Shown here: positions 40,785 to 51,508 of the stretch, piece after piece
How positions within the stretch are numbered: the stretch's first letter is position 1
Layout: every line of letters begins with the position of its first letter
Source: Utricularia gibba
Taxonomy: Eukaryota; Plantae; Magnoliophyta
Reading direction: 5' to 3'
Assembly (NCBI GenBank): GCA_002189035.1
Contig: NEEC01000009.1
Coordinates: 1,860,001 to 1,924,000 of the forward strand
DNA: 64,000 bases
Position numbers and translations under genes: made by a program
The notes under the pieces: generated by a model
The model's input: the letters and a program-made list of their open reading frames with translations, nothing else
The model's database searches: none
What the model was told of the DNA's origin: nothing

Positions 40785-43700
40785 GTTAACAGAATCGACG
40801 GGCCCATGACGATATCATCTAATTAAAAGGCTTGGAAACGCTATTGGGCTTACACGGCCCATTATAACACCTTGAGCCCACTTCTGCACCAGTAAAAAAA
40901 AAAAACTGACGATCCGAGTAATTATCGGATTTACCCCAAAGTTTTCATCCCAGGTGATTTTTATTCACTCAACTTACCTATTTCTTCAAGTCTCCTATCA
41001 AATTCAATCCTTGACACCCTTGTATCCATCATGTTAGAATACAAAATCACACATCGAAAAATGAAAGTGTAATAATCAAGTATATAAGAAACTATAGATC
41101 ACAATTAATTGGTTGGGATTAATATTTTTTAATGTAATCAACGTTTTTTTGTATACTTGTGTTTCACGTGTATGCTCGCCTGATCCATAGAATCTTGAAT
41201 TTCAACACATCATTACTAAACTCTGCAATCACTGAGATTTGTTAAGGCTTTTACCTGAAACCTTGAAGTTTAAATAAGTTTATGCCATGGTAATCTTCGA
41301 AAATCACCGCAAATCCCATGAATTTATGCTAAAAAATCAGTATGCGTTGTTCATTAAGTGTTCTGTGGAAATGGGGTTTTGTTTCAATCTGACAGCTTTT
41401 TACGTACTGCACACACACCTAATATGAAGACCAAGACTTGGGTGCCTGGTATGGTGCCATTCTTACCGAACCATGAACAAAAATGTCAAGCATACTGTGC
41501 TGAACTGCCTGCTAGGAAATTCCCATTCTGTGTATCGAGAACCCAAACTGATCCCCTTTGAACTTCCCAAAAGAAAGCACACACTATTTCGTGTGCGTCT
41601 GTGTTAGGGTGGTTGAGTTGGCGTTTAGAATTTAATGGAAGGGGGTCCGGTCCCCAAGCAAAAGCAAGCAGGGAAGATGGATTAGATATGCAACACAAGG
41701 CGATGGTTGAATTGAAAGATGTAGTAAATGAGGAGAAGAAGGGAAGCATGATGGTTGTTCCGTTTCCTGCCTTTCGGGGACCATTTGGGAAAGAAAAGCA
41801 GCACGACTACTACTAGTAGGTGTTTAAATGAATCGAAAGGGAGGAGGAGCCCCACACCGACGTCGACTGCAATTCGAATGGAAAGCGATGCTGATCGGAT
41901 GCTTCTCGGAGTCGAGTCGAAAACCGAGGGAGCTCGCCATTGTTTTAAAGCTTTGGTGTGTGCACGCACGCACGTACGTACGTTGGTTTCAGTCAAAAAA
42001 GTGTCCAGTGTTGTGAAAGTGCTCCCAAGACATTCCCCTTGTTTGCTGTGTGCTTTTCTTTTCGGAAATCTTGAAGATCAAGGGATCCCCTGCTTCAATG
42101 CTCTTTGAACACAATCCAAGACTGCCAACAGAAATGGAATGCATCAGTTCCAATGTAATTAGGGTTTACACTTCATATGAAACACCCAAAACTCCACAAA
42201 GAAAGCACCCCATATTCCTTAAGAAAAAAAGAAAGAACACTGAGCTTGCTCTCATACTCATACGAGAGCAGCAGTTACAAAGATCAGGAGATGGCGACGT
42301 TTCAGAAGCATCTTGGCTCTAAACTCAATGAACATGGCTGGGATGCGGCTGCCATCGCCTTTCATTATTTATGTGTGGATCGACCGATGGAAGACTAATG
42401 GTATCGCAAGATGACATTTTTAGTGTCACAATCGTCGCAACTTGCGATCCCCCCACATGAATGAATGAGTGAATGAACTGAAATCGATGGATTCCCATTC
42501 TTTTTCTATTTTTTTACCTTTTTTCTTTCAAGGCTAGGAACATGGTTTTCTGATGAAGAAGGCTGCGTGTGTGGGCAGCCTCTGTGGTCCACAAAATTTG
42601 CACTGGTTTGATGGGTGAATCAACCTCCCCCTTCATCCATGGATCTACGCATTTTCGGCATTCGTTGTGACATGAAATCCATGTAAACATGTCTTTACTT
42701 TGCATGTTTAGGGCTTGTATGTGGTCCATTGGGATGAAAATCCATACCTTAATTGCATAAAATCTCAATGCAGAAAACCCTAATTGCTAGTTAAAAGTAT
42801 GGGGTGTAGAGAATTTAGGGTTTGATCAGTGCACAGGAGAGCAAGAGTCTTGTCAAATTGTCAATCCCGTCACTGTTGTGGCGTGCATCCGGTTCCAAAA
42901 TCTAAAACCCTACAAACGCAAAGGGATCACTAAATGATCCAAAGAGCCACCATCCCCTTACCATATGCATATCACACAAAAAAGGCAAAGCGAGGTCATC
43001 TGTCATGGACTGCAACAAGGTACCAATACAGGAACGAAACCCTTCATCAATGGGGAGGATGTAACTTTTAAGGGAAGAAGCATGACGTTTACCAGAAATA
43101 AGGGAAGCTGGTATGATGCAACCCCTTTATAAATGGATACAAAACACCCCTTCCACAATCCATTTCAGCCAAGGTTTCTTTATGAATCTGCAGCACTTAT
43201 CAGCACCATGTGAGTAGCTCAAGATATGAGTTAGGTTCGCTGGTTTTCAATTCAAAATCAACATGACAAACTCCATCTGATTTCTTTTCTTTGCTTTTTT
43301 TTTTTTGTTGGGGTGTTTTAACGCCACTTGACTAGGTGTTGGAGTGGATAACACCTCATTGAATAACCACCTTTCTTGAAAGGGAAACGAGGAACAAGTG
43401 CATGGTGAGTGGAAGCTCGGCTCTGTATGCATATAATACGGAATCAGACACGCCCATGTGTGCGTGTCCAAGTAGGGCTTCCGTCCTAAGATCGTGACAC
43501 GCTATTCTTTTTGAATAACAATACTCGTATATTATATGCAGCAAAGCTATACTTTATTTACTAGTGGTGTTTTATGGGGGGATCCGACTGATTAATTACA
43601 TCTCTGAGTTGTACTTCTGGGCTCGAACTTAAATGAACAGTTCCATTAAAACATCAGGAAAAGATTCTCCAAAAAAAATGCTAAATCCCACGAAAGAAAC

Positions 43701-43871
43701 GATAAAAAAATAAAATACAAGGTGGGGACTTGTCCTGGAATTGCAATGAAAGATGTACAAGTTTGATGGTCCTCTGAGATGAAGCAGTGCTCTCCTTCTG
43801 CTGTGGACTAAACCAGAATAATTGCCAAATGCCCCTTTTCTGCACATGGGGGGACTACTACTTCTTCCCCT

Positions 43872-43899
43872 CCCCCCCCCCCCCCCCCCCAAAAAAAAA
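43872..43899. repeat. C19 homopolymer followed by A9
   Basis: Directly visible. The true length is uncertain given the homopolymer errors elsewhere in this window. Confidence 0.85.
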
Positions 43900-45209
43900 T
43901 AGCAGATAACAGAGGGGTAAACCAACAGAGAAGTTTAAGTTACTTACGTCTTTTGTATTTGTATGTATGTTGAAATCAAAACCCCGACTCCCTAATCCTG
44001 ATCCCTGCTCATTTCTGCATATGTTTTAATAACTCTGGTTGCTGACGTCTCCTGATCCAAAGAAGACAGTGTCCTTGCTGAATTAGATTGAAATACCAGG
44101 TTTAATGATTTGGGAGAATCCAGTAAGCATCAAAGCCACATGAAAAAGTCTTATAAGGAATAGTTCTTGGCTTTCTCCCATAGATGCGGGATGCTCCATC
44201 AAAATCTTCATAAGGGCGAAGATTAGGGTTTTCAATGACACCCCACATGTTTATTAGGTAGAAAGGTAAGTTAGATGTGTGAACATTGAATAGTCGCAAG
44301 AAGAATTATGACATGAAGGCCTTTTTTTCCTCAGCTGGTTTGAAAACAACTTGTTCAAATGTAAGCTTCAAATTCAAGAAGAGGAAAAAAAACTCTAACA
44401 GTCAAGAGAGAGAACCCTGAACTGCAATAATGGAGCCGAGAGAGAGGATGGATGCAGACCTAGAATGGCTAAGTGACAGTTTTTTTTCAAATCAAATCCT
44501 TTGCATCACACAACTCAAGCCTTTCCACACTTGCTTCTCTCCACCCCGATGAGTCCCTTTTGTTCTCTGTGATCGAAAAAAAACCCAGCACCCATCTCTC
44601 GGTAAAAAAAATAAAAAAGTATTGCTAGTGGAGATGATGATTAAGAAGTTGTCCCTCTGCTCCTGGTAATTCTGCTGCAGCAATATTTATATATATGTTT
44701 GGATGTGACGGTCAGTTTTCACCGCGGTTGAAAACCAGTTTACCAGAAGTACTTGCAGGAAGAAACGACTCTAGGGCACAACGTTTATCTAAAAAAACCG
44801 CATGTGGTTGTCGTTGAAAGAAGTGCATTCCAGGACCAATTTCCAATTTCATCTCTTTGGAAATCAGATGAGTTTTTTATTCCTTTTTTTTTTGGTTTCT
44901 TTCTTGTAGTGTTTGCTTGTGATATGAGATGAGATGAGAATGGACAGAAACTTAATTGCAGGAGGGTCGTCGTCACGAGCAGAGCATTCATCAGAAACGG
45001 GGACCAATTTTGGAAGGGAAAATTTTTTTCTTTTTGAAAAAAAAAAGGACATCCAGGAATTTATTCAATAATCACCACCATTATTGTCACTTAAACATCA
45101 TACTTTTTATGTATTGATGCTGATAAACGAAGTAGACATGCAACCGTCGCTCCATTTCGTCTTCCTCTACCCCATTTCTGCTCTGCTTCTCCTTCTTTGC
45201 CTTCTTCTC

Positions 45210-45841
45210 ATGGATGCCAACAGCAATCTTGACAGGGAAACTAGAGACCTGATGAACGTGGACTCCTTCTCGCAGCTCCCCTTCATACGCCCCTCGCAGC
45301 CGCCGCTGAAGTCTGGGATCCGTCTGTTTGGAAAGGAGTTCGGGTTGGATGGAGGGGAGGAGGGGAAAGACGGGGAGGGTGCCGGGATGGCGGCGGATAT
45401 GAGTAGTAGGAAGTTCGAGTGTCACTACTGTTGTAGAAACTTTCCCACTTCTCAGGCTCTGGGAGGCCATCAGAATGCGCACAAACGGGAACGCCAGCAG
45501 GCTAAACGTGCGCATTTGCAGTCCTCGATGATGCACGGGGTTCTGGGAGATTACAACCGGCCGTCCCTTTACGCCGCACCGGGGAGCTCGAGTTTCATTC
45601 ACTCCGGGGGACGCCCGTTGCCCTACTCCTACTATAACACCGCTCCGCAGCCGATCAACGCTGCGCTGTGGCGGATCCCCGGCGCCACTTTCCACCACAG
45701 GCCGATCCCCTTCTCGAGCAACGGTGACCTGAAGCCCTTCTCATCCTTCGGACCCGGCGCCGGCGCCCGCTCTCAGTTCCAGCTGGGGTACGAATCCATG
45801 GGGACATGCAAGATAATGTGAGTTTGGATTTGCATCTTTAG
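45210..45841 (+). CDS. ZFP8: C2H2 zinc finger, GIS/ZFP8 type, intronless; C-terminal EAR motif restored by a 1-nt correction
   Basis: [28 protein letters not shown]...[38 protein letters not shown]. With one extra G at 45800-45803 the end reads [14 protein letters not shown] (TAG 45839-45841). GIS vs ZFP8 vs GIS2 is not resolvable by eye. Confidence 0.9.
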
Positions 45842-46966
45842 ACATATCTTACTCCATAGAGTCTTTGATTCAGCAACAACCAACACAACCCCTTTTATGA
45901 TCAACAATCCTTAGCCTTGATAGTCCAGTGACATTTCAAACAAATGCTCTTTGTAAATCGAAAAAACCCTAAATTAGAAGGTTGCAGAGGACTAAGCGAC
46001 CAAGGTGGATGATGGTCCTTGTTGATGCTGTTGTTGGTTTAACTTGAATATTTTTATGGACGATGATGATGGCAAGTGACTCCTCTCTTTTTGAGCTTTA
46101 ATTTTGAGGATTCCAATGTTGTTACTTGGTTTTTAACTTCAATAAAGCATGTCATCTGTCAAAACGACTGGTGTTTTTGGGGAACAAACTTGAAACTTTC
46201 ACTGAACAAACACTGACACCTAGAGGAAATAATGATGCCCGGTAGATGTTCTATTCATTTGCAACCAAACAAACGCACTTTTCTTCTTTCTCGAAAACGA
46301 GGCAGTCTTTTGATAGCACCAACACAAGGAAAAGCCCGTCAGCATGCCTCCTCTTAAGTTTCCAAGCTCTTTTAAATTCGAATGTGTTCATAAACTTGCG
46401 CTATTGCAGTTAAATGGTCTGCTGAAAGCCTCGTTCTGCTCAACTACAATTGCAGTTTTTACCACAAATTTACTCTACCACAAACTTTTGGAATCTGGAG
46501 CATCACACTTCAAATGGGAGCTCCCAGTATTTCATTAACCATACTGTTTTCAATACAGTTTTGAAAATGCTTATTACTGAACTCGTCTTGTTGGTGGGAA
46601 AAAGACACAGAAATGCGTCAGTCTACGTTTTCACACAAAAAATAATAGTAATGAGGAAGCAGCTTGAGTGGAAAACAGCCCATCTCTCAGCCACAGTGGT
46701 CAGCTTTCTCTGCTGCGCTTGCTTTGACATTCTAGAAGAATTCTCATTCTTTTTCGTGTGGAGGGGGGAGGTGTCGCCCGGACACATCTGATACGGTCTT
46801 CCCGAGTCGGAAAGAGTGCGAGTGCAATGTGCAGGATGTGACTTTTCTCTCAGAATTCGAATTGAGTGGTTTTGGTTATTGTATGTGATGCTCGGAACAA
46901 TCAACTCCTGGAATTCCACAACAAACGCAACAAAAAAGCACGTATCAATCCGACCAATCTCTGGAC

Positions 46967-47536
46967 TCAGTAATGGAACACATAGACATTGTAATCAACA
47001 ATCGCATCCCCAGTAGTCATGTTGATTTGGTGCATCCTCGCCTCCGCGTACCCCCGCGCGAATCGGAAAGCGCCGCTGCCGCCAAGTATGGGAAGCTCCT
47101 TCACGTCGGACATGACCGCGTTCCGGCCCATAACAGCCAGCGAGCTCCCGTTGAATTCCCCTTCCGTGAACACGAAATTGAGCGCCATCAACAACGCGAG
47201 CTGATTGCTATCCGCCGAGACGTACACTCCCTGAGCTCTTCCCACGATCCTCGACCGGACGTCCGGTTCGACCGTCAGTGGGTCGTCCATGACCGACACG
47301 GAGCCGAACCCCGTCGGCGACGAGTCGGTTATCGGCCCCTTTGCGACTTCGTAGGCCGTCGGCGTTGGCCCGCTAACAATGTCGTGGAAGAAGAAATGCA
47401 GATGGGTGAGCTTCTCCCTTTTGGGCAGCGAAATTTCCCTTCTGGAGATACGTCTAGAGAAGGCATCGCAGTTGATTGCACTGATGAACAAGAGCACAGC
47501 CATGAGGACGGCAGAGGCGCCTCCAGCTCTCGCCAT
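46967..47536 (-). CDS. Dirigent protein (DIR-b/d-like), secreted, intronless, copy 1
   Basis: Signal peptide, then KLTHLHFFFHDIVSG, FGSVSVMDDPLT, VGRAQGVY, GSSLAVMGRN, ELPILGGSGAFRFARGYA and YNVYVFHY*. Confidence 0.94.
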   Translation of the reverse strand: MARAGGASAVLMAVLLFISAINCDAFSRRISRREISLPKREKLTHLHFFFHDIVSGPTPTAYEVAKGPITDSSPTGFGSVSVMDDPLTVEPDVRSRIVGRAQGVYVSADSNQLALLMALNFVFTEGEFNGSSLAVMGRNAVMSDVKELPILGGSGAFRFARGYAEARMHQINMTTGDAIVDYNVYVFHY

Positions 47537-48280
47537 GGCGCAAGATAGATCGGATCTACAGACAACCTGGCTCCTATTTTATATACAATTTCGTATAAAC
47601 ATAGAATTTAATTTTATTAAAAAACCGAAATTGTCAAATTTTCAAACCTTCTAGAAGGCGTTGAACTTTATGTCACCCCATGGGAACCTTAATGGTATTT
47701 TCCCTGATTTCATACTAAATCATGTCACATTTTTTTTTGTTTTACAAAAAATAGGCAATTTATATCATATATTATTTAAAAAAAATCAAATGCCATCACA
47801 ATATTAATCTATTTTTCACATTTAATTATATGTTTAAATTTTCATGCGATCTAAAATAATGTATTTAAAAAATAATATCAAGTTAAAATCAAACGCACAG
47901 CAGGAGGTGGCTGTTGTGATGTCATGCAGTTGAACTAATGTTTTAAAATCATGTGGTTAAATATATCACATATTTAAATCAATTTGAACCCATAATTTAT
48001 TTCATAAGATCTAAAAATTTCTATTAAAAAAATTAAAAAAATTCAATAAATCTTCACGTGTCTCACAACCACCACAACGTGCATGCTCCCTTTTATTTTT
48101 TTTTTGTCAATAAAAAAAAATCTAGATTTACAAATTATTCAATGAATTAATATTAATTTCGGGGATACAGTTTTTCTCAAAGCCACACACCAACAAAGTA
48201 GCGAAAGCGCTTCCCATGTTAATGAATGAATACAAACCGGAGAAGTCCCGGCGCGGCGGCGCATCGGGATTGAGCGAAAC

Positions 48281-48850
48281 TCAGTAGTGAAATACGTACA
48301 CGTTGTACTCCACCACAAACGTAGTGGTATCAGAACTATGAGTTCTAGCCACGGCATACCCACGCGAGAACCGGAAAACCCCGGTGCCGCCGAGCACCGG
48401 CATTTCCCTCTCGGCGGAGAAAACCGAGTTCCGGCCCATAACACTCAACGTGCTGCCGTTAAATTTCCCCTCCCTGAACATAAAGTTTACCGCCATCATA
48501 AGCCCGAGCTGATTCATGTCGGCCGACGCGTACATCCCCTGAGCTCTCCCCACGAGTTTGGATCCCGGATCGGATCCTAACGTCAGCGGGTCGTCAATCA
48601 TCATCACGGAACCGAACCTCGTCGGCGAGGAATTGGTTACCGGGGATTGCGCGACTCGTACGGCGGTGGTGTTGGGGCCGCCGATAGTGTCGTGGAAATA
48701 GAACCGGAGGTGGCTGAGCTTCTGCCGCCTTTTCAGACCACCAATTTCGCTTCTGGAAATTCCCCTCGAGAATGCACCGGAGCTTGCTGGGGTGAGCACC
48801 AGCAAGACGAGAAGAAGCGCTAAGAATGCCGAGATGCTCGTCCTCGCCAT
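48281..48850 (-). CDS. Dirigent protein (DIR-b/d-like), secreted, intronless, copy 2
   Basis: Start chosen at MARTSISAFLALLLVLLVLTPASSG (signal peptide). Motifs KLSHLRFYFHDTIGG, FGSVMMIDDPLT, VGRAQGMY, GSTLSVMGRN, EMPVLGGTGVFRFSRGYA and YNVYVFHY*. Confidence 0.94.
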   Translation of the reverse strand: MARTSISAFLALLLVLLVLTPASSGAFSRGISRSEIGGLKRRQKLSHLRFYFHDTIGGPNTTAVRVAQSPVTNSSPTRFGSVMMIDDPLTLGSDPGSKLVGRAQGMYASADMNQLGLMMAVNFMFREGKFNGSTLSVMGRNSVFSAEREMPVLGGTGVFRFSRGYAVARTHSSDTTTFVVEYNVYVFHY

Positions 48851-49115
48851 GACCAACAGAAACACAATGCAGAAAGAGAAGGTGGTGCTGGCGCTATGTA
48901 TCATTAAAATAGGGACAATACATTTTCATATTATTTCTAGTAGTTTTCTTTACGGTTCGGAATCACTATCGAAGCCTCCCTTTCATCCAGCCTCCGGTCC
49001 GGGTCATTGTCAGGATAGTTAATAATATTATATTAAATATTTTTTAAAAAAATTATTACCAGGAATTGTGTCTACTAACCGGGGAGACCGTTCAGGAAGG
49101 GGTCGTTTGCATGAG

Positions 49116-49196
49116 GACACGCGTCGGACACCGGTGTCGTCATGGGATGGCGCGACACGTGAATGGTGACTCAACTCCGTTCATCGATCTATATAT
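49116..49196 (+). promoter_or_regulatory. ABA-responsive promoter module of the LEA gene: CE3-like GACACGCGTC, ABRE/G-box GACACGTG, TATA
   Basis: gacacgcgtc at 49116-49125, gacacgtg at 49154-49161 and a ctatatat TATA-like box ending near 49196, about 90-170 bp upstream of the LEA ATG. ABRE plus coupling element is the classic LEA promoter layout. Confidence 0.7.
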
Positions 49197-49264
49197 GGCA
49201 GCCATCGTCGCTGTGCCGGATACCTTGCTATTTATTAGCTGTTGTTGAATCCTTACCTCCACCG

Positions 49265-49286
49265 GAAGAAGAAGAAGAAGAAGAAG
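49265..49286 (+). repeat. (GAA)n microsatellite in LEA 5' UTR, abutting the ATG
   Basis: gaagaagaagaagaagaagaag immediately followed by ATG at 49287. Confidence 0.85.
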
Positions 49287-49653
49287 ATGCAGTCGGCGAA
49301 GGAAGCAGTTTCTAACATGGCCGCCTCTGCCAAGTCCGGCATGGAGAAAACTAAGGCCACCGCCGAAGAAAAGGTCACTACATTTCATCACTTGCTCTTT
49401 TTTTTGAATGCAGTATTTATATTTCTTCCGTTTTCAGGCGGAGAAGATAACGACTAGGGACCCCCTGAAGAAGGACATGGTGGAGGCGAAGAAGGAAGAG
49501 AGGATCCACGAGGCGGAGCGGGAGAAGCAGGCGGCGCATCATCACAACGCTGCTGTGAAGGAGACATCCACCACCGGGATCCACGGACATACCCATGGGA
49601 CTGGGACCACCGGCGTGGCCGGAACCGGGCACAGCACCGGCGGCACCTATTAG
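49287..49653 (+). CDS. LEA4: Late embryogenesis abundant protein, group 4 (LEA_1/seed maturation family), 2 exons
   Basis: MQSAKEAVSNMAASAKSGMEKTKATAEEK|AEKITTRDPLKKDMVEAKKEERIHEAEREKQAAHHHNAA...GTGTTG...TGGTY*, with a 64-nt intron at 49374-49437. Confidence 0.92.
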
Positions 49654-50140
49654 ATGAATGTCTGTCGCCTTAGAATGTCGTTTGCGGTGTGTGGTGGGTG
49701 TATTGCGTATTTCAGTAATAACCAAGCGTGTTGTCGTTGCTGTCATCTTTCCGCCATGAAAACTCTTACCTTAATCAGATGATGCGGTTTGTTGTCCTGA
49801 TCAAGATCTTTGAGATGAGCCCAGCAAATGGGCAAGGTATCATCATCATCGATCATATCATGTGGTTTTGTCAATTTGGATCAGAAATGACAAAAGCCGG
49901 TTACAAAGGCCACGAGCATAAAGAAAAAGTGTTGTTTACTGCTACCCTCCTCACCAATCACAAGAAAAAAAGAAAGCGAGGAATCAGATGCTTCATGATT
50001 GATTCCTGTCTCCATAACCCAGATCCAAACATGGATCGCTTTCCTTTGTCCAGATGAATAGAAACAAGAAGATGGGGAAGACCCGACTCAGACTGAAACT
50101 GAAACCCAAACCGAAACTAGCACAAACACGGCCCCCTGCC

Positions 50141-50641
50141 TCAAACACTTCTCGCCATCATCTCTCGGAACCTTCTGTTAGACTCCTGCTTCTCCAGCCG
50201 GAACTTCTCATGGCAACTCGCAATGAACAAATCGGCGAGGCGGTCGATATCGTTGCGAGCCTCGCGATCTTTGTGCTCCTCAAGCCATTCCAGGTACCCG
50301 GAGATGTCCCCGTAATCGGGCGGTGCTGTCAGGGTGGCAGAGTACGTAACGGGGACGTGGGAGGAGCACCAGTTGTAGTGCAGCCTGAAGGACCCAAAGA
50401 CAAGATCTTTGGTCTTTGTTTTCCTGAAGATGGGGAGACGGAAGTTGGCAATGAGTTTGAGGAGAAGGGGCTTCGCCCGGCGGTACATTTGGTGAGGGAA
50501 GTGGAGGTTCTGAAACAAGGATTTGGATTTCAGGGACGTGTTGCTGTTGTGGCTGTTGCCAACCCCAGACGTTTTCTGTGTCTTTCTTGGTCCCATTGGC
50601 TTCAGTGCCGAGGCATGAAATGAGGGAGAGAGTGACTGCAA
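50141..50641 (-). CDS. DUF761 / cotton-fibre-expressed-type protein, intronless
   Basis: 166-aa ORF ending in SGYLEWLEE...DIDRLADLFIASCHEKFRLEKQESNRRFREMMARSV*, the C-terminal motif typical of this family as I recall it. Confidence 0.8.
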   Translation of the reverse strand: MQSLSPSFHASALKPMGPRKTQKTSGVGNSHNSNTSLKSKSLFQNLHFPHQMYRRAKPLLLKLIANFRLPIFRKTKTKDLVFGSFRLHYNWCSSHVPVTYSATLTAPPDYGDISGYLEWLEEHKDREARNDIDRLADLFIASCHEKFRLEKQESNRRFREMMARSV

Positions 50642-51508
50642 CTATTTATACAGACGAGAGAAGCTTTACCTTTCCCTGTTTCCTCTGTTCCTAATATTTA
50701 TCCCATGGGAACAAGATTCCACCAACTGGATCACACTGTATTATCCTCCTCACTAAATGAATGAGAACACTCCATCAGCTACCTCAATCCTGGTTGAATG
50801 CACTGCAGCATCATCCATGAAATGCATTCCAACCTTCAGATTTCACACTACAAATGTTGCTGGAGACAACAAGCCCATGAAAAAAAAAACAAAAGTGGTC
50901 GGAGTGCAACAAGAGATCAGTGTTTTGAACGAGTAAAAGCAAGAAAGGGGACAGGGGGGTACACTTTAGTTGAAGAAGATAAAAGTTGGGGTCAGTCTTC
51001 ATGGAACAAGAGAATAAGGACTCCCCCTTTTTCTTTATAATTCTCACATGTCACTTCATCATGAAATAAAGCACAATTCTCACAACACACCCTATCCATC
51101 TACCATGCTGTGCTGCTGTTACTAGCATCCAAAAGCATACCAGTACAGCGGGAGTTCAATCATCTAAATGCGAAGCAGATAAAGTGTAAGAATGTTGGGT
51201 ACCATGTGATGGTTAGAAGCATGTAGATCTCTTCACCTTCTCATACAAGATATGGCATTTGGGACAGATCAAGATTTTTTAATTCCAATACAGCATCACT
51301 CAACTCTTGTTTGGTTGAATGGTGCTGCTGTGCTCTTCCTAGATCCTGCTTTGTAATCTTTTTGTGCTATGGATTTTAGCACATGTTTCTGTATGTAGGC
51401 AAGACGAGATATATATCAACGTTTCAAAGTTGGGATTTTTTGCAGTGAATTTGATCTGCTTTCATGTTCTGGGCGCAAGCAGCGACCCCCTTAAAGTTAC
51501 TTGGAACA

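Noticed and set aside
41920-41940. GAGGGAGCTC resembles the 3' end of miR159/miR319
   Set aside because: The rest of the mature sequence does not match, and no complementary GAGCTCCTT arm is visible upstream.
42915-42945. CAAAGGGATCACTAAATGATCC resembles miR393 (TCCAAAGGGATCGCATTGATCC)
   Set aside because: Only about 10 nt of contiguous match. It folds as a tiny 6-bp hairpin and has no star arm at precursor distance.
45087-50623. Long antisense ORFs over GC-rich genes (45087-45698, 46973-47548, 50054-50623, also 5433-5946 and 40369-40707)
   Set aside because: They are shadows of high-GC3 coding sequence on the opposite strand, with no recognisable domains.
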